NCBI GenBank assembly: GCA_951406725.2
Contig: OX597833.1
Location: 27,218,001-27,282,000 of the forward strand
Source: Octopus vulgaris
Lineage: Eukaryota
Direction: 5' to 3'
Length of the DNA: 64,000 nt
The position numbers and the translations under genes were made by a program. Positions 13,502 to 27,198 of this stretch are shown here, piece by piece; the first letter of the stretch is position 1, and each line of letters starts with the position of its first letter. The notes beneath the pieces are model-generated. The model ran no database searches. It had not been told where the DNA came from and saw only the letters and a list, made by a program, of their open reading frames with translations.

Positions 13502-13661
13502 CGACGGGCTTTTCAGTTTCCGTCTACCAAATCCACTCACGAGGCTTTGTTCGGCCGAGGCTACAGTTGAAGACACTTGCCCAAGGTGCCACGCAGTAGG
13601 ACTGAACCCGGAACCATGTGGTTGGTAAGCAAGCTACTTACCACACAGCCACTCCTACGCC
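13267..13661 (-). mobile_element. Full-length CORE-type tRNA SINE with internal (TA)n
   Basis: Reverse complement of the 43625-44060 copy, with Pol III A/B-box head. Confidence 0.85.
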
Positions 13662-13744
13662 TGAAATATATTAAATATATTAAAGGAGTGGAAGAAAGGG
13701 GCTACCTATCTTTGTCGTTTGTACTCTTTGTAAGTTGCAAACAA

Positions 13745-14784
13745 GTGGTTACTGAGTCGCCTGAGAGCCGTACCACCTCTTCATCCGACTTGACCCATGA
13801 ATACAGATCTGATACATTTGAATAGAAGCGAGCAGAAACATTACACTCTAAGATGAATCATATAGGAAAGTCAATGAGATTGGTGTCTGGACTTCGAGGA
13901 GGCCATATCGTCTTGTCCCAAAAACCGCTGAAATGATCTTTACACTTTCTCTGTCAAATTGGATATGTGGGTCGGAGCCCCGTCTTGAGTGAAGATGTAA
14001 CGGTCACCAAAAGTCTCTGTGTCTCAGGGTAACACTTTGTCATCCAACATTTCCACATAAACTTCACTGTTGACCTGGGAGATTTAAACTCTTCAGATGC
14101 AACTACGTCCCACATCATGAAGGAAGTTGGCTTCTGACGGAGTAAATGACTCCTGCTACCTGCGGGCAAGTCACCTGTATTATGTGACATAAAGCGTGTC
14201 ATTTTTTGCCTCTTGGTAACTGCCTCCACGGTGAAGATTTTCTCGTCGGACCAGATCAACTAACATCTCAGCTGACATGGTTCCACCCCTGTCGAACCGT
14301 TTCTTCTTGGAAGCTGCTGAAATTAACTACTGCAATTGTTTCTTGTATGCAATTAACATTAAAACCGTTTTAAAAAATTTGTGCATTAATGATTTCGAAT
14401 TATAAAGAGCTTTTGCTGTCTTTCTTGCACTCCAGCGGGTATTTCGGCTCACTCACTTTTTCACAGCTTCAACAGTTTGTTTGGTACAAATTGATTCTTT
14501 CCTACCAGACATTGGCTTGCTAGTGGCAGTAGTGGACTCCATATATCGTTTCCAGTTATTGAACACTGTTTTACAGCACATATTCAACTGTTTTTTTTTG
14601 TTTTGTTTTTTTGTCCTTGTTGCTCACAATCTGGTCACGCTTTGCTTTCGACACCATGTTTATTTACAAACCTGTTGTAGACGAACAAACAATAAACACA
14701 TGTACAAAAGGCAGATAATATTACCTGAACTGATATTCTTTAGGAAGAGTTTTAAACATGGATAAATCTTTCTAGGACACTTTG
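13745..14784 (-). mobile_element. Decayed Tc1/mariner transposon, probably maT/DD37D-like
   Basis: IWSDEKIFTVEA, QDGAPT and WPPRSPDTNLIDF motifs on the minus strand; TIR-like ta|caaagtgtcctagaaag at 14784. Confidence 0.7.
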
Positions 14785-14799
14785 TATATACTCTTTTTT

Positions 14800-15176
14800 T
14801 TTACTCTTTTAGTTGTTTCAGTCATTTGACTGCGGCCATGCTGGAGCACCGCCTTTTAGTACTTATTCTATCGGTCTCTTTTGCCGAACTGCTAAGTGAC
14901 GGGGACGTAAACACACCAGCATCGGTTGTCAAGCAATGCTAGAGGGACAAACACAGACACACAAACATATACACACACATACATACATATATATATATAT
15001 ATATACATACATACGACAGGCTTCTTTCAGTTTCCGTCTACCAAATCCACTCACAAGGCTTTGGTCGGCCCGAGGCTATAGCAGAAGACACTTGCCCAAG
15101 ATGCCACGCAGTGGGACTGAACCCAGAACCATGTGGTTGGTAGGCAAGCTACTTACCACACAGCCACTCCTGCGCC
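14800..15176 (-). mobile_element. CORE-type tRNA SINE
   Basis: High similarity to 13267-13661 and 43625-44060. Confidence 0.85.
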
Positions 15177-15447
15177 TATTTCAGTTTTCCTTTTCTAGTT
15201 ACAGCTCGAGATCTACGGACATGCTGGGGCATCGCCGTTTGATTTCCTACACCTTCATTAAACCTCCTCTGATGTGCGGAATTTGTTGAGTGAGGGAGTT
15301 TCATGTTGCTACCCTTATCTGCGTTTCTTGCTGCGAGGTAGGTTCAGCTAGAACTCTTGACAGGAGGAGGTCCTTTTTTTTTAGAAGATGCCTACACCCA
15401 AATGTAGGTCTCTCAAACTTTGTCGGAGGATATTGAAGAGCCGTAAG

Positions 15448-15512
<65 letters not shown>

Positions 15513-15530
15513 ATATATATAATTGTAAGC

Positions 15531-15646
<116 letters not shown>

Positions 15647-15898
15647 TATATAATTTTAGCATTTTCTATCTTGACTTTTTTTCATATATATATATATATA
15701 TATATATATGTTTATATATGTATGTATGTATGTATGTAAGTATATATGTATGTATGTATGCATTAAGGACAATCTGGAAACTTGACTGATGAGAGGCCAC
15801 GAACGACCCGTCGTTGTTTTTTCCTATCCGCCTTTGTATCGTCTAACTGTCCGGATGTTTTATTGTCCTCTATTGCGTTTTTGTTCCATTGTCCCATT

Positions 15899-15950
<52 letters not shown>

Positions 15951-16652
15951 GATACATACATACATACATACATACATACATACATACATACATACATACA
16001 TGCAAAACATTCTCAGTAGTTCTTATATGTGACTGTTTCCAAGGCTTTTATGTATTTATGCCATAAAAACATCAACAACTACGCACACAACACACACACA
16101 CACACACACACACTACACTACACATACACACACACACTACACACACACACACACACTCTACACACACATACACAAACAAACACGTACTTGTATACTGGCA
16201 TTCTCTAATCCTTTTAGTAGTGTCAACTTGGAGATTAACGCTTAATTCACTTTAAATCTGTGTCTATTATATTAAGCGAAAGCACATATTACTTTATTTC
16301 CACACATTTCTATCTTATCACTGACATTTTATGTGTAGGGAAAAAAATGAAAGTTCAACCGAGAGAAAAGAGACGTCGAGGGTGCTTCGGTGTGTGTGTG
16401 TGCGCGTATTTGTGTCTTTAGGAGTTGCTACGCAATCAATGTAAAGTGTGTGATATTAGTTTACCATAAAAACATTCAACTGTTAAAATACTATTCTTGG
16501 AGATTTACAATTGGATTGAATATGTCAACAACGTAGAATACCATTGTAAAAGCGCATATCTTCGCATGTAAACTGTATTCTAAGTTCATCGTGGGAGAGA
16601 CAGTCACGAATATCTCTATCTCTTTATGTATATTTGTTTATTTATATATATG

Positions 16653-16702
<50 letters not shown>

Positions 16703-16884
16703 CATACATACATACAAAGACACATATATATATATATATATATATACGTATCCCCATATATATGTATGTATATTTATATACATATATAAATATAAACATA
16801 AATGTGCGTACTTAAATACGGGTGACGGGATATGTATGTGTGTGTGTGTATGTATGTGTATGTAGGTATATATATATATAAGTT

Positions 16885-16940
<56 letters not shown>

Positions 16941-16944
<4 letters not shown>

Positions 16945-17364
16945 CAGAGGACACAAAAGTGACAAAGGGTACAGACTAGCATCGCTTTTGCTAAAAATAA
17001 GAGTTAGAACAACTCAAGCCATAAAAGCACTAACTTAATGACTGACAAAGCGGGGTAAGCCCCCAGCGTACATAGTCGGACTGCGATACCAGTGATGACT
17101 CAACGCCTAGGGTAGAACTGAACTATCTCTGACAGTCTTATTAGAAAACCCGTTGAAAACGTGTGCTGATTTTCAAAACGGTAAAAGTGTAAACAACAAA
17201 TTAAAAAGGGTGGCATATTAGCAATTAGATCTTACAGGCAAAATTAAAAGGGGTCAGGAAAATCTTTAGGAAAAGCGGTGGTAGTCTGTACTGTCTATCA
17301 ATTTTGTGACCTCTATTAATTTTCCTTCAAGTTCTAATTGCTAAAAAGCCACCATCTTTAATTG

Positions 17365-17365
<1 letters not shown>
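16941..17365. repeat. Composite A-B-A'-B' inverted-repeat unit between microsatellite arrays
   Basis: 16941-16995 is a diverged inverse of 17265-17320; 17199-17247 is a diverged inverse of 17317-17363. Confidence 0.6.
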
Positions 17366-17400
<35 letters not shown>

Positions 17401-17490
17401 ATACATGCGTGAGGGGGTGAGGGGTGCGTGCGCGCGTCTGCATGTGTGTACGTACGTGTGTGTGTGTGTGTGTTTTCATAGGAATATTTG

Positions 17491-18760
17491 AGGTGGATTG
17501 AAAATCCTGTCACTGCTCAAGATGAGAAATAAATAAATGCTTGTTTTGTTCTTAATCGATTTATTTAATGAAGTTAATATTTTCCTTCATTATTGATAAC
17601 CTAATCCTATCTATCTGGCACACAGTTTTCAGCCCTCGGACGTAAAATTTCTCAGGTTTCGAAGCAAAGAAATACTCAGCATTATTTTTAACCTCTTAAT
17701 AATTAATAAACTGTGTCCTCCTGTAAATGAGGTTGCAATGATCTTCAAAGGTGATAGATCGAGCAAGATAAAGAGACCAATAGAATTGAGGAAAATTTTC
17801 CATATTCAGTGCCATAATCTTTTTCTGAGTGACTTGGGCACTATGTGGTCTCGCATTATCGTTTAAGAGCAATACCCTTTAACATTGACCAATGATAGAC
17901 GCCTTTTCTGCAAACTTTTGTTCAATGTTTCAAATAAACAACAATACTTCGCATTAAGTGTTTCATTTTGGTTTAAATAATTCGTGACAGAGGACACACT
18001 TCGTATCGTACTAGACATAATCATAGGGTATAATATTATTTTGGTGTACAGTCCTGTTTTGGGGATGGTTTCCCCTTTTTCATTGGACGCGAACTATCGT
18101 CCTCTTTCTTGGATATGATTATAGAGAACTTCTTTCTCATCGCTTGCAATGATTATATCTTGGAATAGTTCGTTAACACGTCTAATCTCCAGTGACAAGC
18201 AGAAGGTAACTCTTTGTCAAGCTGAGAAGCAGCTAGATAATGATGGACCTACTGTCCAAGTTCAGACACTTTCCTAGTTCGTGAAGATGTTTTGTGATCG
18301 AAGTGTGACTTGAATTGAGCCGTTGCGTTAATTGATGTGCAGTTTGCTTTGAATTTTAAATTATTCAACGGTTTCACAGGCTCAACATAGACAAAACTTT
18401 ATCATCCAGATCGAAGAAAATCTGCGAGAAGAAAGTTTCCTGATAGAAACCAGTGAAGCCATTATTGACATGTCTAGGCACTAAAAGCATCGTTTCCGTA
18501 GACAGAACGAATATTTCTTGTCACTTCAATTGCTGAACCATCCCCCTTGAATTCATATAACATGCAGCGTCCGATCATGCTGTGATCTCAACTCATTTTA
18601 AAAGGGTAAAATCGAATTGAAATAAAACCCCTGTGCAAAGTAATCTGCAAAGAATGAAAAGTATTTGAAGGTAAAAATTAATGCTTATTTACCGTAATTT
18701 TTGAAAACGTACCTTCAACGTGATCACGTCACAAACGAGACAGACATTTTCCCATTCCTA
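17491..18760 (-). mobile_element. Decayed mariner element
   Basis: N-terminal RRCMLYEF-like start and a decayed DEKW.LYDN-like region; remnant TIRs; second copy at 46400-47542. Confidence 0.65.
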
Positions 18761-18827
18761 CATCTATTTGTTTATCTATTTATCTCTGTCTGTTTGTCTG
18801 TTTGACTTCTGTCTCTCTCTCACTGTT

Positions 18828-18934
<107 letters not shown>

Positions 18935-19038
18935 GGCAACTATACAGATGCACATATTAGACAATTAGATGCATTAGATATATTAAATATGTTAAATATA
19001 ATATTTGGGGGATGAAATACAAAATATGTATGTATATA

Positions 19039-19092
<54 letters not shown>

Positions 19093-19107
19093 CGCATATA
19101 TATATAC

Positions 19108-19142
<35 letters not shown>

Positions 19143-19146
19143 CATA

Positions 19147-19194
<48 letters not shown>

Positions 19195-19209
19195 TATACG
19201 TACATATAT

Positions 19210-19279
<70 letters not shown>

Positions 19280-19282
<3 letters not shown>

Positions 19283-19446
19283 TTCCCTTCTCGGGATCTT
19301 TCCTTCTCCTTTGTTTCCGACGAAGAGCTCCGCTCGAAACGTTTAACCCTCCCTCTTCCCTTCTTCCTGAGCGTCCAATAATACTATATTTGTTCCACGT
19401 CCTCGCGTTGGTGTGTTTTTTTGTGTTTTCTTGTTTGGATTAACTT
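19280..19446 (+). mobile_element. Solo PLE pseudo-LTR fragment inside (TA)n
   Basis: Contains a hammerhead motif and ttcctgagcg..aatactatatttgtt, like the 10909-11120 terminus. Confidence 0.65.
19313..19347 (+). ncRNA. Minimal hammerhead ribozyme motif, core CCGACGA
   Basis: gttt-CCGACGA-a-gagc-tcc-gctc-GAAA-cg-TT-taac. Confidence 0.6.
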
Positions 19447-19593
<147 letters not shown>

Positions 19594-19701
19594 TTAATAA
19601 GGGTGAGAGAATTAGATACTAATTTAATAGTATATCTATTCAACACCAAGTGGCCTAGTGCTCCGATATATATACATACATATACATATACATATATATA
19701 C

Positions 19702-19758
<57 letters not shown>

Positions 19759-20279
19759 ATAAAAATCACGTCAATGATTATTATCAGGTAGTCAGCATGG
19801 AAATAAGCAATCTATCTCTATGTCTGTGTGTCTGTGTACGTATGTGTGTATGTGTGTGTGTGTACATGTATGTGCGCGCGCACATGTGTGTACATGTCTT
19901 TTGTTTGTCCTCCACTGCTTAACAACCGTTGTTGATTTGTTTATATCTCCGTGACATGGCAGTTGGTCAAAATCAACCGATGAATAAGTAATTACATCGG
20001 AACCATTTATAGTACTAATATACTCAAAAATAGTAATCTATAAATTAAGACTTTCAAAACATAATTACTGGATACGTTTTTATCTACTAAGTTCTTCAAA
20101 GCTCCAGCATGGCCACAACCCAATGACTGAAACAAGTGAAAGACTATAATCGAACAAATTTAAACGTAAAATGAGATCCACAGAATATTATAATCCAAAG
20201 GGTAGCATATCGTATATTATAATCCACAGTATAGCTTATCATATCAACACCTACAGTTAAACTTTTAACATTTTTTGAT

Positions 20280-20675
20280 GCAGGCAAAGCTGTCTTGTAG
20301 TTCTGGTTTCGGTCCCACTGCGTAGCACCTTGGGCAAGTGTCTTTTACTATATCCTCGGTCCAATTAAATGTTTGTGAGTGGATTTGGTGAACGAAAACT
20401 GAAAGAACCTCGTCGTATTTATACGTGTGTGTGTGTGTGTGTATGTGTGCGTATGTATGTGTGCGCGACTTTGTGTCTGTTTGTTCACCCACACCCAACC
20501 ACTTTTTGAGAACCAGTATTGATGTATTTACGTCCCAGTAACTTAGCGGTTCGGCAAAAGAGACTGATATAATAAGGCTTACATCAACTAAGGTTGATTC
20601 ATTCAACTAAAAATTCTTCAATGCGGTGCCCCAGAATGGCCGCAGTCTAATGACTGAAACAAGTAAAAGATAAAA
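20280..20675 (+). mobile_element. CORE-type tRNA SINE
   Basis: gcaccttgggcaagtgtc core, internal (GT)n, family tail. Confidence 0.8.
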
Positions 20676-20795
20676 GATTTCCTGGAGCCACAAATACTAC
20701 CAGCCTCTCAATCAAAATAATATTGGTTTCAAAGGCCAGCAATTTCGGAGAGCGGTAAGTTGATTACATCGACTCCTCTACTCAACCGGTACTTA

Positions 20796-21013
20796 CGAGG
20801 GTGTTGAAAAGTTCCTGGCTTTAGGTAAAAGAAAATACAGTAAGATCAGTCAATTGGGATTTTATTCAACATATTCTCCTCTCAGATTCACACACTTATT
20901 GCAGCAGTCCTTCACTTTTTCTGAGCCCTGTAAAAGAGCTCGGAAAGTTTGGCCCCAAGCCAGGCCTTTCGCGAGACGCTTAAGGCCAGGACCTTTCCAG
21001 CACTCACTGCTCG
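20796..21013. mobile_element. Mariner-derived MITE inserted into a Nin-type SINE (20730-21120)
   Basis: TA|cgagggtgttgaaaagttcctggcttta ... taaggccaggacctttccagcac..ctcg|TA; SINE sequence resumes on both sides. Confidence 0.75.
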
Positions 21014-21588
21014 TATCTTATAAACCTCGAAAGGGTGAAAGGCAAAGTTGACCTGGGTGGAATCTGAACTCAGAACGTGAAGCCGGGCGAAATGCCGCTA
21101 AGCATTACGGCTGGCATCTTTTCGACCAAAATAATATTAAACTTTTGTACTGCCTTACATCTAATTTTGCACAAATATTGACTAATCTAAATTATCAACA
21201 TAATCTTGCAACCTAAATACACAACTTTAGTTTCATAGACAATGATTGTCCCAAGAATTGCTCTACTGAGCCATTGTCAGCATTAATTCTTCAACACCTA
21301 TATAGGTTAACGTCAATTCATTTAAAACTGTGCGTATTATTAACATACTTTCACTTTCAGGTTTAATGCCATTTTTTGTCACCTCTTTAACCTATTTTTT
21401 TGAATTGTCTCATATTCTGGTTGTCCTTAATAATGTATGATTTACTTTTCTGCAGTGACACTTACATTCCACACATAACTATTTCATATGATATAAGCTA
21501 CTTTTAAGATACACATTTTTTTTTAATTTCTCTGTTTCATATTCATCTCATATGTGTATATTAACATTCATGTCATTCATATAGATAC

Positions 21589-21718
<130 letters not shown>

Positions 21719-21923
21719 TCAGCTTTGAATCTTCTTTGAAATACTTAAAGAATTAATTATAATTTACAGTGGTAATTTCTTATCTTAACTCTTTCTTCCC
21801 AATGACATGGTTCCGATTTCAGTCCCGCTGAGTAGCATCTTGGACAAATGCCTCCTGTTACTGAGCCGATTGATGCGTTGTGAATGAATTTGGTAGACAG
21901 AAATTGAAAGAACTCCGTTGTAC

Positions 21924-22023
<100 letters not shown>

Positions 22024-22405
22024 TTGTGTGTGTGTGTATGTGTGTGTGTGATTGTGTATATCAACCGGTATTGGTTTGTTTATGCCTCCGTAACGTAATG
22101 GTTTGGAAAAGAGACCTATAGAATAGGTACCAGACTATCATAATAAGTACTGGTGCCGACTTCTTCGATTAAAACCCTTCAAGGACGAGCCCCAGTATGT
22201 GATTGCAAATATTGTAATATAGTTGTCACAATAAACGGTAAACCATACAGTTCGCTAAGCACCAAAAACTAAATTTCTTTTTAACAAAATCAGTTTATAC
22301 ATCATTGATTTATTGTTTACTTACCTTGAGGCCATTTCCAGTCTTTTATACACCCAATCAAGAGTAATCTTACTCTTTTAATTCTAAAGTATTTTAGTTA
22401 TTTTA

Positions 22406-22923
22406 CTAGCACTATGATCCGGCGTTGCCGGGTCTAGTGCTAGTGCTTTTTGTTCGTTGCCGGGTCGCAGTCAAATTTTCTCACTAAATCAAGAGCTAAG
22501 TTTCTTATCACATTTCAGCCCGAGCCAGTTTTGTTATTTATGAGCTAGTTGAAGCTTTTTATGAGAGTAATTAATATTCATTGGACTTCGGCTTTCACAC
22601 CTGGAACGGCATAATCATGGAAAATTAGCGGGACTGTGCACATGCCATTAGTCGGACAAAAAAGGAGGCAGAATAAAAGCGAAAAACTCGAATTTGGCCG
22701 CAAAATAACTTATGGGCATAAGGGGTCGGTTTATCGATTTTTTTTAATGGCTTTCTGGGGTGACTGGGGAAATGAAAAGATCTTCACGACCACCCTCATA
22801 CAGTTTTGAAAGCCCATAGAAAATGCGAGCCTTTTACGTGAAAAACTGTGGATTTGTATAAAGAACACACAGACACACAGGCACACAGATACACAGACAT
22901 TTTGCCGTTTATAGATATAGAGA
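22406..22923 (-). mobile_element. Non-autonomous Helitron (third family)
   Basis: Minus strand 5' TCtctatatctataaacgg, 3' hairpin cccggcaacgccgg then CTAG; A|T target. Confidence 0.75.
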
Positions 22924-23189
22924 TATACTGCTATATATTTTTTAAAATACCAAAGTCAGTTATGTCATCGCAAATTTTGTAATATAGTTGTCACAATTTA
23001 ATGTATTTTTCAATATCATTTAATCGTTGTTTATATGAAATGCAATAAGAATTTATGTGGAGTTAATGTTTTATTTGAATCAAAGCGCAACGTTAATGCT
23101 ACGTATATTGTTATAGAGAATATGCCAGAATAAAATAGATAATTTTACTTTCCGTTATTAGGTCGTCCTAAGGCGTCGAGCTGGCGGGA

Positions 23190-23560
23190 GGGGTGTAAAT
23201 CGATTATATCGATCCTAGTGCTCAAATGGTACTTATTTTATCGATCCCAATAGGATGAATGGAAAATGAGCCTCGGTGAAATTTGTACCCAGATCGTAAA
23301 GCCAGAAGCAATACCGCTAAATATTTTGCCTGGCCGCTAACGATTCAACAAGCTCACCGCCTTTATGAATGAATTAACAGTGGTTTCAGAATTTTGGCTC
23401 AAGCCAGCAATTTTGGGGAGTGGGAAGTCGATTACATTGATCCCAATGCTCAACTAGTATTTATTTTATCGACCTCGAAAGGATGAAGGCAAAGTAGGCC
23501 CCGGCGACATGTGAACGCAGAATGTATAGTCAGAAGAAATGGTGTCAAGCAAATGTGCCA
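23190..23560 (-). mobile_element. Two adjacent Nin-type SINE remnants
   Basis: tactt/atttattttatcga..gaaaggatgaa core occurs twice. Confidence 0.6.
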
Positions 23561-24160
23561 GGCAGAGGACTGAACTCGGAAACATGTCGTTAGTGATATC
23601 TGATTTGTAGTATTACGGTGTTACGTGTTTTTCGTAAAACGAAAAGGCAACGGAGTGTGCGCACCAATTTGTATGTGTGTGTGTGTGTAATGTCTAAGTG
23701 TGTGTGTGCGTAAGTGTCTGTATGTATGCAGCAATTCTAAGACTACCTCCACTACCAACGTGAGCATTAACGAGTCCATGTGAGATCCCTTATATGGTTG
23801 CTTTACTTGCTGGAAATAGAAACTAAATCTTTCATAATTTCTTACTAAGAGGAGAATATACATTAAAAGGGCGAGTTGGTCACAACTGGAAAAGATTTTC
23901 TGCTCCAAAATAACCTGTCAGGAACAAAATTACAACAAAAATAATTCCAAACATCACAGCTGTTACTATCACTACCACAAACTGCAGCAAGACTATATAT
24001 GACAAATACCACACCCACGTTTTTGAATGCTGTTTTATGTGTTTGACAAAAGACACTCGGTGCTCATAAAGAGGTGTCCCGTTCGTCCTATTATTAAACT
24101 ACGTAAAAGAACGCACCTACTTTATAACTAACAAAGTGATGGCCTTAGCAGAAACGAAAA

Positions 24161-24360
24161 GTGGTGGTGGTGGTGGCGGCGGTGGCGGCGGCGGCGGCGG
24201 CGGCGGCGATGGTGGTGGTCGTGGTCGTGGTGGTTGTTTTGTTGTTGGCGGTGGTGGTTTTGGTGGTGATGGTGTTATTGTTGTTGATGGTGGTGGAGGT
24301 ACTGGTGGCGGCGGCGTGGTATGGTGGTGGTGGTGGTAGTTGGGGCGGCGGGTGTTGTGG
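24161..24360. repeat. (GGT/GGC)n low-complexity tract
   Basis: Direct reading. Confidence 0.85.
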
Positions 24361-24493
24361 TAGCATTAGATTTGGTATTGTCAACGATTAGCCCCAGGAC
24401 AGTTGCATTCGACTACATCATTATAATGAGTTTATAATATAGTAAATTCAATGCATGTGCATCTGTGTGTGTATGTGTAGTGTGGTGTGGTGT

Positions 24494-24556
<63 letters not shown>

Positions 24557-24710
24557 TTGTATAGGTGCATATGCGTAAATGTAAATGTATGCAGAAAATA
24601 CAAGTACGTGTACCGAACACATATATATAATAGTATTTATATTCTATTACATAAGTTTGTTAATTAATATTTAGTACACACTCAATACTTTGCATACTCC
24701 AGATGTGTGT

Positions 24711-24781
<71 letters not shown>

Positions 24782-24872
24782 CGCATGCATGTATGTGTGT
24801 TTGTGTATGTGTCTGTATACATGTATACAAGTGAGGTATTTGTGGCGTGTGCATATGTAAGACATTACACGT

Positions 24873-25960
24873 ATGAGGGTAGGCTAACTATGATGGAGTT
24901 ATGCTACAGCTGCGAACGCTTGCTTGTATTGGTTTCAACTCATCTTATTAATAACTGCATTGTTTCCATCCAGCTAAACTCACAGGAAGCTGTTAAAAAA
25001 ATATACTTCTGAAATAACTAGTAGTGATTTATCTTGAAAATTAACAAAATTTAGTATCGCACTGTTATCAATTACCTGCAGATAAACCGTTTTTCCCCCA
25101 AGGACATTCATGTTGCTGTGGTTGCTACATTAGAGGATGGCGTTCCAGTTTTAATAACAGTGCAAAAATGGGTAGCTGAATTTAGGAGAAGGTGGACCAT
25201 TGAAAATGACCCAAAGTCTGACATCCTGAAACTCTCACCACCGAGGAAAATATCGATTGTGTTTACCACATGATAATGGATGACAGGCGATTGACTATGA
25301 ATCAAATAGCCAATGCCATTTGCATATCCCGTGAGAAAGACGAGGATATTCAGCGCAATGAACTTGGCATGACAAAGGTTTCTGCTCGGTGGGTACTATG
25401 TCTTCTGACACCTAATCAAAAGTGCACCAGGCTGATCACATCACTGGAAAATTTGCTGGTTTCCTGGAACGTTTCTAGATTGAGAATGAGTGCTGAGTTC
25501 ATCACTATGAGCCAGAATAAAGAGACAATCCATGCAGTGGAAATAGCTCTCCTCACTTGTTCCAGAGAAGGCCGTGGTCGTTTCTGCATGGAAGGTGATG
25601 GCTTTGGTGTTTTTGGATGCAAAAGGCGTTATGTTTATTAACCAACTTCAAAAGGACTACGCTATCAATGGGGCATACTATGCCAACTTGCTAAGGCAGT
25701 TACGAAAAGGCTATCAAGAGCAAACGACGTGTTTCATCAGGACAATGATCCAGTACACCAGTCATTGGTTTCACTGGCTGTTGTGTGTGACTGTGACTTT
25801 GAACTGGTTGATCAGCCCCCTATTCTCCTGATCTGGCCACCATCTGATAATGATTTGTTATCTAACATAAAAGAAACTAGTACCGCAGGGATGATGACTT
25901 TCTTGACCAACAGGGTGAAAGCTTCCTCTCCAATTGGATCCAAGCACTGCAATTCCGATT
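24873..25960 (+). mobile_element. Decayed mariner element (irritans/Himar-like)
   Basis: LGMTKVSARWVLCLLT (WVPRLL-like), SAWKVMALVFLDAKGVMFI, NGAYYANLL, HQDN, decayed YSPDLAPSD region; many frameshifts. Confidence 0.8.
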
Positions 25961-26073
25961 ATATATTATTTGTGCGTATGTATATAAGTGTGTATATATA
26001 TACGTATATATATATAATATAAATAATATATATATGTGCATATATACCTACGTATATTTACATACTTACATCT

Positions 26074-26125
<52 letters not shown>

Positions 26126-26127
<2 letters not shown>

Positions 26128-26545
26128 TCATCATCATCATCATCATTTAACGTCCGCTTTCCACGCTGGCATGGGTTGGACGGTTCAACTGGGGTCTGGG
26201 AAGCCAGAAGGCTGCACCAGGCCCAGTCTGATATGGCAGTGTTTCTACAGCTGGATGCCCTTCCTAACGCCAACCACTCCGTGAGTGTAGTGGGTGCTTT
26301 TTACGTGCCACCGGCACAGGTGCCAGACGGGGCTGGCAGACGGCCACGATCGGATGGTGCTTTTTACGTGCCACCGGCACGAGGACCTGACGAAGCTGGC
26401 AACGGCCACGGTCAGATGGTGCCTTTTACGTTCCACCGGCACGGAGGCCAGTAGGGCGGCGCTGGCTACGGCCACGTTCGGGTGGTTCTCTTACGTGCCA
26501 CCGGCACTGGTATCACAGCTACAAATTCCATTGATGTTGATAGAT
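26126..26545 (-). mobile_element. RTE-related non-autonomous element with (ATG)n tail and ~60 bp internal tandem repeats
   Basis: Minus strand ggttggcgttaggaagggcatccagctgtagaaac and 3' end ggaaagcggacgttaaatgatgatg; four copies of (t)tacgtgccaccggcac. Confidence 0.65.
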
Positions 26546-26559
26546 TACGATTTTGATTT

Positions 26560-26646
<87 letters not shown>

Positions 26647-27065
26647 TGTATGTATGTATGTATGTATGTATGCATGTATGTGCATATGTGGGCACAAGAC
26701 GTCACGAAATTTGTACAACAAAAAATGCGAAGTACGAGTACATGGAATATAACCTATTTTTTCGGACAAGGAAAGATACAAATGGAAAACAAAACAAACA
26801 ACATAAAGAACGAACTTTCATCAGTTGTCAGCTGTTTTTCTAGTCTCGTATTTCGAGCATTTAACAACAATAAACGCTTTCGGTAAATCAGTTGTCCCGT
26901 AAAGCAAATTAAATAAAATTTGGGATTTTGCGGAGGGTCAAAATTGGTAACACAAACAGGAGAGTGAAAACAAACAGGAATGGCTGCTAAGCCTAAACGA
27001 GGTTGTGGTGGCGAACGCGTAAATCAATCATACATATGTGTGTGTGTGTGTGTGTAGATACATAC

Positions 27066-27101
<36 letters not shown>

Positions 27102-27130
27102 ATGTGTGTGTGTGTGTGTATATAGATAGC

Positions 27131-27198
<68 letters not shown>

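Noticed and set aside
22205-22997. 28 bp direct repeat on either side of a Helitron, resembling a TSD
   Set aside because: The repeats do not abut the element ends and Helitrons make no TSD; probably an older local duplication
24136-24391. Gly-rich or Ala/Thr-rich ORFs
   Set aside because: Low-complexity (GGN)n tract open in several frames; no domain or splice context
26290-26510. CRISPR-like repeat-spacer appearance
   Set aside because: Spacers are homologous to each other, the context is a eukaryotic retroelement, and there are no cas genes
26760-26905. Two CTGAT(GA)...GAAA hammerhead-like strings on the minus strand
   Set aside because: Stem II is missing or does not pair; too decayed to call
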